Below are positions 25,605 through 39,010 of a DNA stretch of 64,000 nt, one piece after another. Location of the stretch: contig CM059431.1 of NCBI GenBank assembly GCA_030390025.1, forward strand, positions 108,440,001-108,504,000. Direction: 5' to 3'. The stretch's first letter is position 1; each line of letters starts with the position of its first letter. Source of the stretch: Squalus acanthias (lineage: Eukaryota). The translations under genes were made by a program, and so were the position numbers. Below the pieces are notes generated by a model that searched no databases, was not told the DNA's origin, and saw only the letters and a program-made list of their open reading frames with translations.

Positions 25605-26022
25605 GTGTCAGCCTTGACTCAGTGGCAACACTCTCACCTCTGAGTTGGAAGGTTTAGGTCCCACTCCAGGGACTCGAGCACAAATTCTAGACTGACACTG
25701 CAGTGCAGTAATGAGCGAGTGCTGCACTGTCGGAGGTATCGTTTTTCGGATGAGAGACGGACATATATTAGCTCCCGTGCCACTATTTCGAAGAAGAGCA
25801 GGGGAGTTCTCCCCGGTGTCCTGACCAATATTTATTGCTCAATGAACATCACTAAAACAGATTATCTGGTCATCATCACATTGCTGTTTGTGGGAGCTTG
25901 CTGTGGGCAAATTGGCTGCCGTGTTTGCTACATTACAACAGTAACGACACTTCAAAAAGTACTTCATTGTCTGTGAAGCGCTTTGAGATGTTCTGAATTT
26001 GTGAATGGCGCTATATAAATGC
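25605..26022 (+). mobile_element. Deu-domain SINE with internal deletion
   Basis: Head, core and tail match 2861-3326. Confidence 0.82.
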
Positions 26023-26024
26023 AG

Positions 26025-26295
26025 GGGCAGGGGCGGAAACCTGATTGGAGGGAATCAAACATGGAGTTGTGGGAAAGATGGGCACGGATTTGGGAGGCGA
26101 CAACACGTTTGTGGTCTTTGGAGAGGAAAAGGAGGTTGGAGATGGGGGCGGCAGTTTGCAAGGACGGAGGGGGTCAAGGGTTGTTTTTTTGAGGAGAGGG
26201 GTGATGACGGCAGATTTGAGGGAGAGGGGGACAGTACCCGAGGAGAGAGAACCGTTAACAATGTCAGCTAACATGGGAGCCAGAAAAGGAAGTTG
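26025..26295 (-). mobile_element. L2 LINE RT fragment
   Basis: 'IVNGSLSSGTVPLSLKSAVITPLLKK' and 'ISNLLFLSK...VVASQI...DSLQSGFRP'. Confidence 0.82.
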
Positions 26296-26597
26296 TATTG
26301 AAAGGTGCTTTATTAATGCAAGTTCTTTCTTTTCTTTCTTAGATGCACCTAAGGTAAAAATGAAGCTGATGGCGTCTGCGAATCTTTTTGCCACTGGAGG
26401 GCACTATAGGCCTGAGACAAAGCAAACTTCCACGAATGCTGAACTACAAAGTTATTCGAGGGTCAGATCTTGCTGGAGCGGAACGGCATGAATCGACCAG
26501 CAAGTTGTGGAGATTCGCAACACACGGCGCGTGAACTTGCCGGGCGATTTGTGCATTAATAATGGCGTGCGTCGTTAACACGCTGTTATTTTTCCCT

Positions 26598-26797
26598 GAT
26601 GTGGAGATGCCGGTGTTGGACTGGGGTGGAAAAATGTGAGAAGTCGCACAACACCAGGGTATAGTCCAACAGTTTTATTCTGAAATCACAAGCTTTCGGA
26701 GCGCTTCACCTGACGAAGGAGCAGCCGCTCCGAAAGCTTGTGATTTCAAATAAAACTGTTGGACTATAACCTGGTGTTTTGCGACTTCTCACATTTG
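26598..26797. mobile_element. Fold-back element made of PLE family B termini, with hammerhead motif at 26706-26743
   Basis: Inverted repeat gagaagtcgcacaacacc... / ...ggtgttttgcgacttctc. The centre contains TCAC-CTGACGA...GAAA-GCT-T-GTGA. Confidence 0.85.
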
Positions 26798-27100
26798 TTA
26801 TTTTTCCAGCAAGGTTTGTCCCAATGTGTCTGTATCTTTGCACCCACATATGTCACTTTAATACTGGAAGCATTTTGCTAACACTGGATGAGATTTGTCA
26901 ATGTCAGACGGTGTGATTGCCAGACAACTCCATTCATTTTTTTTGTTGGTTTGCTTTTTTTCCCCCCCAGAACAAACTAGTAATATTTAAAAAAACTCCA
27001 CTCTGTGGCACTTTTAAGTTTTATTACGTCAGTTTTTCTTGACCACCACTGGCACAAAACGATGTGTGAGCTCCACGTGCGACCATCTTTAAACCTAAGA

Positions 27101-27815
27101 GGGGTAGAAATTCACCTTGGGCACTTGCGCAAAAACGAGCGGAATCGAGTCGGCCGCCTGTTACATTCCTTGCCCAATATTGGCCCTGAAGTTGAGGTCG
27201 GAGGCTTCCCGCGGGTGGATGCCCCCACCAGCAAAAAATCTACGAACTTACCTGATGGTCCCGGAGGTTCGGACACTTGCGCTCCTGGGCCTCCATGCGT
27301 AGGCCTGGGTAGAGGTCCACGTATCCCCAGGGGCGCAGGCAGTTCACGAGCGCCCCATGGGATCACGTGAGCCGGCCCAACCAATAAAAGAAAGTAATCC
27401 CCATTCATGCTTATGAGGATTCCGTCTGTACGGAACTGCCATACGTATGACTGGGAATACCCCAAAAACACACGTACACTTCAAATAATTTTTTTTTTTT
27501 AATCATATGTTTAAAATTAATTAAAATACAATTTAATTAAATATTTAAAACAAAAATTACATTTTTTGAAAAATAAATTTACATGTTTTAAAGGGGCACA
27601 GTTTTTTAAATGTATAAATTATTGAAAAAAAATTATTTTTCAGTTCTTTAAAAGTCTTACACTGGTAAAAGCAAGCCTTACGCCTGCTTTTACCAGGCAT
27701 AAGAATTTCACGGGCATTCGCTGGGCAGAAGTTGGGAAAATAGCGCAACTCTCCACCCGCAGAGGCCCTTTTCTCAGGAATGCAGAGGATCTGTCAAGAA
27801 GCATGCCTAAACCCA
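27101..27815. mobile_element. Harbinger-type MITE (right end lost or interrupted by a SINE)
   Basis: Terminus ggggtagaaattc, GC-rich arm and AT-rich core. Contains a gggatcacgtg...ccaat module like M1. Confidence 0.65.
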
Positions 27816-27817
27816 GA

Positions 27818-28222
27818 ACTCCAGAGACTTGAGCACAAAAATCTAGGCTGACACTCCCAGTGCAGTACTGAGGGCGTGCTGCACTGTCGGAGGTGCCGTC
27901 TTTCAGATGAGATGTTAAAACTGAGGCCCCGTCTGCTCGCTCAGGTGGATGTAAAAGATCCCACGGCACTATTTCAAAGAAGAGCAGGGGAGTTATCCCC
28001 GGTGTCCTGGCCAATATTTATCCCTCAATCAACATAACAAAAACAGATTATCTGGTCATTATCACATTGCTGTTTGTGGGACCTTGCTGTGTGCATATTT
28101 GGCTGCCGCATTTACTACATTACAACAGTGATTACACTTTAAAAAGTACTTAATTGCTGTGAAGCGCTTTGGGATGTCTGGTGGTCATGAGAGGCGCTAT
28201 TCAAATGCAAGTCTTTCTTCTT
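27818..28222 (+). mobile_element. Deu-domain SINE, 5'-truncated
   Basis: Core and tail match the other copies. Confidence 0.85.
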
Positions 28223-28249
28223 CTTTCAATACTGCCCAAGAAAAATTCC

Positions 28250-28530
28250 TACAACAACAACAACTTGCATTTATATAGCGCCTTTAACATTATAAAACGT
28301 CCCACGATTACCAAACATAAGGAGGTATTAGGACAAGTGACCAAAAGCTTGGTCAAAGAGGTAGGTTTAAAGGAACGTCTTACAGGAGGAGAGAGAGGGA
28401 GAGAGGCGGAGTGGTTTAGGGGGGTAATTCCAGAGCTTAGGGCCGAGGCAGCTGAAGGCACGGCCGCCAATGGTGCAGCGAAGAAAATCGGGGATGCTCA
28501 AGAGGCCAGAATTGGAGGAGCGCAGAGATC
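28250..28530 (-). mobile_element. L2 LINE 3' end (another short piece at 30138-30277)
   Basis: (aac)n tail followed by ttgcatttatatagcgccttt, and the L2-like C-terminal segment gaccaaaagcttggtcaaagaggtagg. Confidence 0.75.
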
Positions 28531-31500
28531 TACACTATGTATGCAGAGATTACAGCATTACATAGAAACTAAAGCACAGCAAAAGGCCATCCCAACTGGT
28601 CTAAACTTCACATGAGTCCCCTTCCATATCCCTCTAATCCATTCGTCTCCATACTTGCAATTTGTAATTCTACAGTCACAGTATTTTCATAAGGAGATGG
28701 GCTGATATATACCGACTATATTACTTCCTGGAAATTAAGAATTAACTGTCATTTGATAAACTTAACATTAATAGATGGAAAGTCCTGTACATTCTGGTAC
28801 TCTCCATGACCAAATTCCCAACGTGCGCTCCCAGTTTGCAAAGCTCTGAGGCGGGACGAAAAATTGGTCACATCTACACTGTCGTGTCAGAATCACGAGT
28901 GAAATTAGTATAGAGTTGTGGAATAAGTTACTAAGGAAAACCATTTGAGTGAACAGTATAAATGGGTTCAGGAGGCACTTTTCGCGAGAGAAGGGGTTGA
29001 GGGGCACGATGAGAAGATGGGTAGGGTGGTGTATGAAGAAGGAACAGGCTCTTTGGGCCTGATGGAACTTTCCTGTTCTTAACATTTCTGATTAATGCAG
29101 ACATCATTATGGATCAACTTATGCAGAATGCAGTGGTTATTAAAAGTTACTGTCAGCACAAATATCGGCACAAAACTAAATAAAATGACTCCCATGAACT
29201 TCACAAGATACGTTTAAAAAAAAGGATGGATATACTGGAGTGAATTCGAGGTTGTAATTATTCTCTCAGTTTGCATGGCAATTGAAATTTCTTGATGAGA
29301 CGTCTTGTAATCTCTCCCAGATATTCATTATTCTCTACATAATTCCATCTTTACATGTAATCTTGTACATTATCATTATACTTTTATTTTTGTCTCATTG
29401 TAATACAATCAACATGCATAAATGATGAGAGATTCATTGTGTATTACATGTGGTTCTGCATGCGTGGATTCAAAATCTGAAATTCTTCCAAACTGCTGTC
29501 ACACTATGAAAGATGTATTGTATTTACATAAGTATATGATGTCAATTTTGAATGCTTTGTGGGACTGTGCAGGTGCCTTTTTTGGTGTATTGCTTGGCAA
29601 ACACTAAGGTGTGGTTTCTATTTTATGACAATGGTTATCGAGAGTGGAAGGTGTATATGCAAAATGACAAGAGTAACAATCTATTGTGCAGGTGTTAACA
29701 TAAAGCAGGTCAATAATTAGATAGCTTAATGTCTACATTTTTAATTATGGAGTATAAACATAGTTAGAGTTTGCAGTTCTGAGCAAATACAATTTAGTTT
29801 ATCCTTTTTCTGCAAATGTGCATTCGCAAACAAATTTGAGAAAACTCCTTGAAACTGATGTGTGAATAGTTTGAGAGTCAGGGCAACATACACCAACCAG
29901 ATAGGTAATTTCACTGTGAATAATTTGACTAAATAACTCTTGTCACTTAAACCCACAAGTAGAGACTTTGCAATGTAGTCTCACTTGATGAGAGGACAAT
30001 CAGAGAATGGGACGTGGAGGTCAATGTGCCTGATTGGCAGAGTTCTGGTTCCTCCAGTCACTAAAACCAATGGGTTGGAAAATTGGGAGCATCCCGAATT
30101 GGACATTCCTGCTTCTCTGACCTGTGCTCCTGTCAATGATATAGCACCTTTAATGCAGTAAAACAGCCCAAGGCGCTTCATAGGAACGTTATCAAACAAA
30201 ATTTGACACCGAGCCACATAAGAAGGTATTAGGACAGGTGACCAAAAGCTTGGGTCAAAGAGGTAGGTTTTAAGGATGAGTAAGATTCCTCCTTGTGAGT
30301 GGAGTCTAGCAATATCTGGGCTTTCACCTTTAGAAGGTGTAGGTATACAAGCTTAAACATTACGCTGTGTAATATTACCTTATGAATGGCTAAAATGCAT
30401 TCTCATCAAATTTCTCTGTGCACTATTTTAAAGGTGTTAACTTGTTTGGGTTAACGCCCCACTAAAATAGCAAAGGAATTTGATGGAAATACACTAAGCA
30501 TTTTTCAGGTTGTAATCCTTGTACCACACATGAAGCTGACAATGCAAGTAATTGACTAAGGTTTTGCAATTCACCACAGGGCCGAACAATCTCAATTTTT
30601 GTTGATTAAATATGGAAAAGATGCTGCTCATGAAAGTTATCTCGAAAAACAAGTGCAGATCCTCAAGTATGATAAAACAATCCATTTGGCGGTGGGGGCA
30701 GAGAGATAACATGACAGATATGCATAAAGTAGGCAGCAAATCTGATTAAAAATAAGGGTGGACAGCCGAATGTAGTCTTGCATCAAGGACTCTAAGGAAA
30801 GGTGGTTGATCGTAGGGTTGATCTGTGCTAATAGTGTACAGAAGACATTACCATGGGAAAAAAGTTATCTAACGTTTACAAAGTTGTTGCCTGAGTACTA
30901 GCGTGTGATAACAAATCTCTGGTTAGAAGTTCCTCTTTGAGTCCTAAAAATATGTAAACAGTGAATTATTTCTTCATATCTGTAAATTCCAATTCACACA
31001 TCGGAATGGGCTCTTTGCTTGAATGGGATTCTTGTCAGGTAGAATGTGTTATGGCGCCTGTATTCAGTCACTCATAGTGCATTTAGTGAGCTGAAGTCTT
31101 TAAATCTTGGCTAACGCTCTTGTACCGCAAACGCCCCGTTAGTGCTCTTTATTCCGATTGGCTCAGTTGAAAGTTTGGGAAACCTGATGTACCCAGAAGG
31201 CTCAGTACTCGCTCAGCCCCTGAATGGCAACCCGTGCGTGACTGTGCTAACATTGCGGGGGGTAATGCTGGTTTTACTCCCCGCCAGATTTGACTCTTTA
31301 TTGAAATCAGTGGCGAGTAATATCGGACAGGTTGTAAAACTGGCCTTCCTGTTGCCCGCCAAGCGAGTTAGGTTAAAATTGTCCCCCACGTGTTAGCAGT
31401 GGAAGTTTTGACACTCTAATAGGGAGTAAGTATAATTCAGCTTCATGTTACTGTATGCATTTGTCTTGGCTTCCTCACTTTTCCACGTGCTCCTTCTGTT

Positions 31501-31829
31501 TGTTTCAATTCGCCTTCCACACATTCCCATGCACTACCCATGCAAATGTGGAAAATCCAAGGCCTGTAGAATTTAGCATGAGGTCCCCTTACTTGGCCTT
31601 TTAACAGCTCAATTGCTACAGCAGCAAGCAAGGAGGAGCTGCAGGAAAAGCACAACGTTGAAGCAGATAGTAGGTTAATGCTCACACTAGAATATCTTTC
31701 ACATTTGCATTAACTTTGCATCTGCTATAAATGCAAAGCACGGAGGAATTTTTCCCCTCTGATGAATGCAAGAGACAGAAATAACCACGGCTAGGAATTT
31801 CCTCGGAGCTGCTCCCACTCCGCCACCAG

Positions 31830-32700
31830 ATATAGAGTCATAGTCATAGGGTCATAACGGCACAGAAGGAGGCCATTTGGCCCATCGAGTCCGTGCCGGC
31901 TCTCTGTAGAGCAATCCAGTCAGTCCCATTCCCCCACTCTATCCTCGTAGCCCTGCAAGTTTATTTCCCTCAAGTGCCTATCCAGTCTCCCCTTGAAAAC
32001 ATTGAGTGTCTCCGCTTCCACCACTTCCGTCGGCAGCGAATTCCAGGTCCTCACTACTCGCTGCGTAAAAAGGTTTTTCCTCACATTCCCCCCTGTATCT
32101 CTTGCCCAAAACCTTAAATCGGTGTCCCCTAATCCTTGTACCATCAACTAGTGGGAACAGCCTTTCCCCATCTAGCCTATCCAAACCCGTCAAAATCTTG
32201 TACACCTCTATCAAATCACCCCTCAACCTCCTTTGCTCTAATGAAAACAAATCCAGCTTCTCCAACCTGTCCTTGTAACTAAGATCCCCCATCCCCAGAA
32301 CCATTCTGGTAAATCTCCTCTGTAGCCTCTCAAGGGCCTTCACATCCTTCCTAAAGTGCGGTGACCAGAACTGGACGCAATACTCGAGTTGTGGCCTAAC
32401 CGGTGCTTTATAAAGGTTCAGCATAACTTCTCTACTTTATAAATATTCCAGTCCCCTTCAGATAAAGGCCAACATTCCATTAGCCTTTTTAATTATCTTT
32501 TGTACCTGTCCACTAGTTTTTAGTGTTTTCTGTACTTGAACCCCTAAAACTCTCTGCTCTACCACAGTTCCAAGCTTCTCACCGTTTAGAAAATACACTG
32601 ATCGATTGTTCTTAGGTCCAAAGGGGATGATCTCACACTTCCCCACATTGAACTCCATCTGCCACAGTTTTGCCCGCTCACTCAGTCTATCAATGTCCAT
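31830..32700 (-). mobile_element. CR1 LINE 3' portion
   Basis: 'WQMEFNVGKC', 'LYKAPVRPQLEYCVQFWSP' and 'FTQRVVRTWNSLP'. Tail (gtcata)n. Confidence 0.9.
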
Positions 32701-33769
32701 GACACCCAGACATGAGAGTGATAAAGGGTAGATTTTATTATGAGTTTTGCATTCCTCGCGCAGGGTTTCATGTACGGGAAGCATGTATTAGGAATTTGGG
32801 CGGGAATATCAGTAGACATTTAAATTGATAGATGGGACATCCTGTGGGCGCGATTACATCTGTGGTTCGAAGCTCTGTGCCAGGAACGTGAATTCGTAAA
32901 ATCTATCCTCATATCTTAACCACAGCTAACACAAGTTGATTTTAAATTCGCATGATTCTATTTATCTAGTCTCATCATATGAGAAACATGAAATGGAAAT
33001 GTTCCTGTTTGAGTTATGAGAGCTCTACGTCCATCATATGGGTTGATCTATGATCTTGCAAACTTATCATAGAAATTGATGTGACAAAATACAGTTTTAT
33101 CTCTGGGACATACTATTTAAATCTTGCATAGCATTATGACAGTATTGCAGACACTGTACAGAAATATCTTTAGAGCGTGTAACTAACCATGTGAAGTGAC
33201 TTTATCTCACATTGTAATGGAGATACCTACATTACTCATGCATTAATTTTCTATCCAGTAATTATAGTTTTCCAGTTGTCGAAAAGACATATGTGTTTCT
33301 CACTTGTGGCTTTTCACTTTCCTGCTAGTCTTTTAATCGCAGGCCATATACTAAAGCTTTATTATTGTTCACCCTCCTGGGTATAAATAACTGTTTCTGG
33401 AATGTTCAGTCACATGTGGTGCTCTTTTATCCTGCTGACACTAATATGTTTGTACTGTGAATATCCTAACGGACCACTTTGAACAGAATATTTTTAATTC
33501 CATCTAATGTGCAGTGTCATTCAGAGAAATTAAATCATATAACACAATGTACAGAGGATCTGTTGCACATATTGCAGTGTACCAAATAAGGGGTTTAATC
33601 ATCAGTATAATTATTGATGTCTCAATGTGCATCAGAATGAAATGTACCAGCTGAAATGGTCAGAACTGTTTTTACAAAATCAACACTCATTACACTGACT
33701 TTAATTCACTGCTATAAGATTAACTCTTAATCTGGTTTTCACTTCGAACTCATGTTAAGTCGGCGACAT

Positions 33770-33975
33770 AACTATTCACACAGAGGGTAGTGGAAATCTG
33801 GAACGTTCTCCTCCAAAAAGATGTCGAGGCTGGGGGGTCAATTGAAATTTTCAGAACTGAGATTGATAGGTTTTTGTTAGGCAAGGGTATTAAGGATCAT
33901 GGAACCAAGTGGGGTAGATCAGCCATGATCTAATTGAATGGCTCGAGGGGCTCAATATCCTACCCCTGTTCCTAT
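33770..33975 (+). mobile_element. CR1 3' fragment
   Basis: ttcacacagagggtagtggaaatctggaac...gatcagccatgatc. Confidence 0.75.
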
Positions 33976-35949
33976 AAATGGATTTCCCCAGACCAACTAG
34001 CTGGTCTAATTGATACTTTTTACTCTGCCAGAGTTAAAGATTTACCACCGTGTTAAATCCATGCTGGAATTTGCACATTGACATAAATACCAGGCAAATG
34101 CAACTTACGGCCTTGAATACCCTTTTCTGCAGGATGGTAAGTCAAGGTTGAAATTACCAAGGGGAAAAAAATCACTCCCTATTATCTTTTTAAAAGCTCC
34201 AAAACTAGAAGAGAAGAAAAAAGACTGCCATTCCTGCTACATAAGTTTGAGTTATTTATTTTGTGCACATAACCATGAGAAATAAACAGATGAAAAGCTT
34301 TTAATGAAAATGTAGCTCGCCATAAATTATGATTCCTTTTTTTGATCAGTCCTATAAATCTGCATCTGCTGCGTGACTAATGGCTATAGAGTTAGCTAAT
34401 TATCTGGAATCATCCTGAGGAAGGAATCTTTTAAAAAAAGGAGATATTTCATTACGTTTTGATGGACGGCATTGAATGTTTGCGTTGGATATATGCAGTG
34501 TAAATGAATTACAGAATCACCAACATAAACAGAATTGCAGTTGTAACGGATGGGTCTGGGTCGTACGTCCTTAGCTCAGCTGTGAAAAGTATGTTGAAAA
34601 TTAAGCCACAAACCACTGCATTTATGCAAGAACTGGCACACACATGGTTACATTTTCCTTTCCTGCCATGCGAAATGCAACTAAAATTCAAAGAAGGCAG
34701 AGAATAAAGCATGATATTGTAGTTGCGCGATGGTGATAACAGTGTGGTTTGGAGCACCTTGTGAAATTGTTTTACAGTTAGGAAGAGCTTTGTCAAAACT
34801 GCCATTTATCAAATCGTTTTTCTTCTCTTTGCCATTACTTCATAATGGAAGTAGTTAGATCCTGTTTTGCTATCAACGTTTACAAATATTTCCTGACCCA
34901 GTTTACTTCCCCCTGCATCGCAACCGTTTGTACTGTAGTTGCTATCTGTTCGTTCAACAGTCATTCTATACAAAATCGTTTTCTGGACTTGCGACTGCAT
35001 TTTTGAATTGTCTCCATAATGACCCCCAGAATGAGGATCATAAATATTGTTATAACGGTTCCCATCTGAGGCACTCATGGTTTATATTTACCGATGAGTC
35101 CAGCCTGTTGAATCTTAGAAGCTGTTCATATGTGAAAATGACATAATGCTGAATTGTTTTGTTGGCAGACTGTAGTTTTGACTCGTGAGAATTGGCATGA
35201 AGATTATGTAAATTCAAGTTAAAATTCAATGCCATAATAGCTGCCATGAGATCTTAAGTTTCATTGAAATCAGCCATCTAATTATAATTCTGCACCTTCT
35301 TTTAAAGCTACAAAAAGTCAAGGGAAAGTAATAGAATTGCCAGAAAGCACTTCTGTGAGAAGATTGCTTTAAATAAATTTCTTAATGCTTGGAAAGTTTT
35401 GGATTTGATTCACCCTCGCTAAGATTTTTTTTTCTTAAATTTTATGTCTTAAACTTTGCCAATAGCTTTCAAACTACATCCTATTATTGTTGTAAAGGTT
35501 TAAGTTTCCTGTATTTAGCTTTCAGTCCATTATTAACTGGACAGAAAACATTCCTTTTATTTTTGAAAGGTGAATTCACCATGAATTTCATGTCAAAAAT
35601 GCTTTTGATGCAAGAATGTTCAGGGCTAGTAACTATCCAGGAATCACTGAATATATTTTATAAAGAAGGCAGGGTTTATTCTGTATGTTTTCTCTTGCAA
35701 ACAAAGCTTGCACTACTCCAGAAACCTTTTATTATCTTTAGTGCGAGACTGAAGCAGATTTGAAATACTGTATACAAAGTGCGCCAAATGCACCAGATGC
35801 TTCTCTTTCATTGTAAATTATACAAAAGCTCTGTTATTAATCCTGTGCACTTATTACAATAATTAGCGGTGACATGTTGTGTGCTCCCAAAGCATTCAAC
35901 ACAATCATTTCACAAATGGATCAGAATTGCAGCTGTAATTCTACAAGTT

Positions 35950-36400
35950 AAGAAAGAAAGACTTGCGCCTTTCACAACCTCAGGACATCCCAAAGCGCTT
36001 TACAACCAATGAAATACTTTTGAAGTGGAGTCACTGTTGTAATGTAGGAAACACAGCAGCCAATTTGCGCACAGCAAGCTCCCGCAAACAGCAATGAGAT
36101 AACGACCAGCTAATCTGTTGTTTAGTAATGTTGGTTGAGGGATAAATATTGGCCAGGACACCAGGGAGAACTCCCCCACTCTTCTTCGAAATAGGGCCAT
36201 GGGATCTTTTACGACCACCTGAGAGAGCAGACCGGACCTCGGTTTAACGTCTCATCCAAAAGACGGCACCTCTGACAGTGCAGCACTCCCTCAGCACTGC
36301 ACTGGAGTGTCAGCCTAGATTTTTGTGTTCAAGTCTCTGGAGTGGGATTTGAACCCACAACCTTCTGACTCAGAAGCGAGAGTGCTGCCGACTGAGCCAC
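35950..36400 (-). mobile_element. Deu-domain SINE
   Basis: Full-length match to 2861-3326. Confidence 0.87.
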
Positions 36401-38615
36401 GCATCTGAAAAATATGACTATACTGTAAATCACCTTAGCTAGCTCTAACAGTTTTTAATTGAATTGAGCATCGTTTGATATACACGTATCTTATCATTTA
36501 TTCCACACCAGTTAGAAACTATAAGTCCTTAATGAATTCAGGACCCTAGAGGAAAAGCTGGATGATTAAGTCTTGTTTTGCATCTTATAACTAGTTGTTT
36601 AAAGGCAAAATCTCAGGCAATTAGCACTGCTTGAAGGTTAGATTTGAATATTAGTTTAATGCTTTATCTATTTACATTAAAAAAAACAAGCAGGCTAAAT
36701 CTGTGATGACCAATACCCATTAAACACCATTAATCCTATGGAGAAACGCCTAACAAAACAGATAATTCACCTTATTTACAGATCGCAATGGCAAAGGACC
36801 ACAGTTACCTGTTAAACATTTCCTGATTAATATCTTAATGTGTGAATTCTGGCCACGCCGAATTTGCAGTTACTACACAATAGAGTGGCAAAAACACATC
36901 TGTTTGCATTGTGTTTTTATTTATGTAATCGCTTGAAATTGTTCCCATCTTGTGTTCTCTTATCTTCTATTTTAGGAATGTACATGATGCAATGCTAGCC
37001 ATGTGCTTTATAACAGATGTATCTTATGTAACTAATCCAATCTGCAGCAGTATTTTGTATTTTTACTGCTGATCTCATAATCCTTTGATTACTAAATTTC
37101 CGTTGCAGATTTCAAAATAAACTAATGTATTTTTTCTAACATTATAAAAAATGAAAACATAGTTTTGAATTCTGAGCACCATGGATAAATATGCAGAGCA
37201 ACAACACATGTCCATTCTAGTACTCTCTGAATAAATTACTTAATAGAGTAAAAGTGTAAATACTGGAAATTTAGCATGAAACTGGAAAGTGCTAGAAATA
37301 CATTGCAGGTTCTGTTGAAGGGCCAAGTCTGTAAGACTAACCTAATTCTCTTTTTCAGGTATTGATCAACCTGTTATGCATTCCCAGCACTTTGTACTTC
37401 TGCGACATTTACTGCACGAATTTAATATTTTGATTTATGCTGCTGAACTCATCAGACAATTACACAAGGAATGTGATACTTAGGGGAACCTTGTGGAAGA
37501 ATTATAATAACATTGAGTGACCCCAGCACATACCTTGAGTGCAACAAAGATGTGACTGGGTTATACCATTTGGGGTCGCCAGTTCCATATAAATCATAGA
37601 GTAGTCAGATACACAGTGTTTATACCGTGGGTGTGTTCCAACTGAATAATCACCAATAATCGTTTCTGTTCCTGTGTAACATTCATCAAGTGTATTAGTT
37701 CTGGATCTTCTAAAGGCAATGGAGAAACAGGCAAATGTTTTGAATCTTTTTTTGTTAATTGTATTTGTTTATCATGTGACTAATTCATATTTTTTCTGGT
37801 GATTTTTACAACTCCACATAACCTAAATCGCATCGCCATTGTGTCTAGGTTACAAAATAACCAATTGAAAATATGCCACCACTTCTCAAATCACTTGTGT
37901 TGCACAGGGTTGATATTCTGTGTGGTAATTGGACAAGTGTGTGGAGATGATAAAAGATACATTATGAAGAAAGTCAGTCAGACAATGAAGTTGGGGAAAC
38001 GTACTGCAGTTCCTCTGTGTGCTCTATGTAATGAAATTGTAAATCCATGTTTTATAAATGGGTTTATGATTCTCATGCAGAGAGGAAATCTCCATTATGG
38101 TCTTTTTCAATAGTTAGGCAGTCAAAATATATAGCTATATTTGTATAATTCACCCTGTAATGTCCCTTTCACCCTTCTTTTCTCCAGCCTCTGGAAGTAG
38201 GAGACTCCAGTGTTGACCCACACGAGCTGGCGAGGATGCTTCTAATAGGATGGGACAGACTGCTCCTTCCGTTCTGTTTCCCTCATCATCTGAGTTGGAG
38301 TATTCAATCCAACAATTGGCTGTCTGAGAACTAGTGAAAAACCCATCAACGAGTCTTTCCGTCAAAGTTAGATTCGGAGTCAATCTCCACCTATCCTCAT
38401 CTCCTGAAATGAGAACCCAGTATCGTGTTTATTGTGGCAAACAAATACCTGATCTACCCGACAATTTGGTTATGTATGAATTCTCCTGCTGTCACAGATT
38501 GATCCAAATTCTACAAATTAAATGGCATGGAAATATAACACAAACCCACCATGAAGTTGCTTATTTTGTAAGTGCTGAATCAGATGTATGCCAGTATCAG
38601 TGAACGGCAAATTTA

Positions 38616-39010
38616 GGAACATAGGAACAGGAGTAGGCCATTCAGCCCCTTGAGCCTGCTCCACCATTCAATGAGATCACGGCTGATCTGCGACATAACT
38701 CCATAGTCCCTCCTTTGGCCCATATCCCTTAATACCTTTGGTTAACAGAAAGCTATCAATCTCCGATTTAAAATTAACAGTTGATCTAGCATTAATGGCC
38801 ATTTGTGGAAGAGAGTTCCAAACTTCTACCACCCTTTGTGTGTAGAAGTGTTTCCTAATTTCACTCCTAAAAGGTCTGGTTCTAATTTTTAGACTATGGC
38901 CCCTAGACTGAGACTCCCCAACCAGTTGGAAATAGTTTCTCTCTATCTACCCTATCTGTTCCCCTTAATATCTTGAAACTTCGATCAGATCGCTCCTTAA
39001 CCTTCTAATT
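38616..39010 (-). mobile_element. CR1 3' fragment
   Basis: Tail aggaacataggaacaggagtaggccattc followed by CR1 C-terminal coding sequence. Confidence 0.82.

Noticed and set aside
38190..38333. Plus-strand exon after a strong polypyrimidine acceptor
   Set aside because: The 48-codon frame ends in a stop, the peptide is unrecognised and no partner exons were found.
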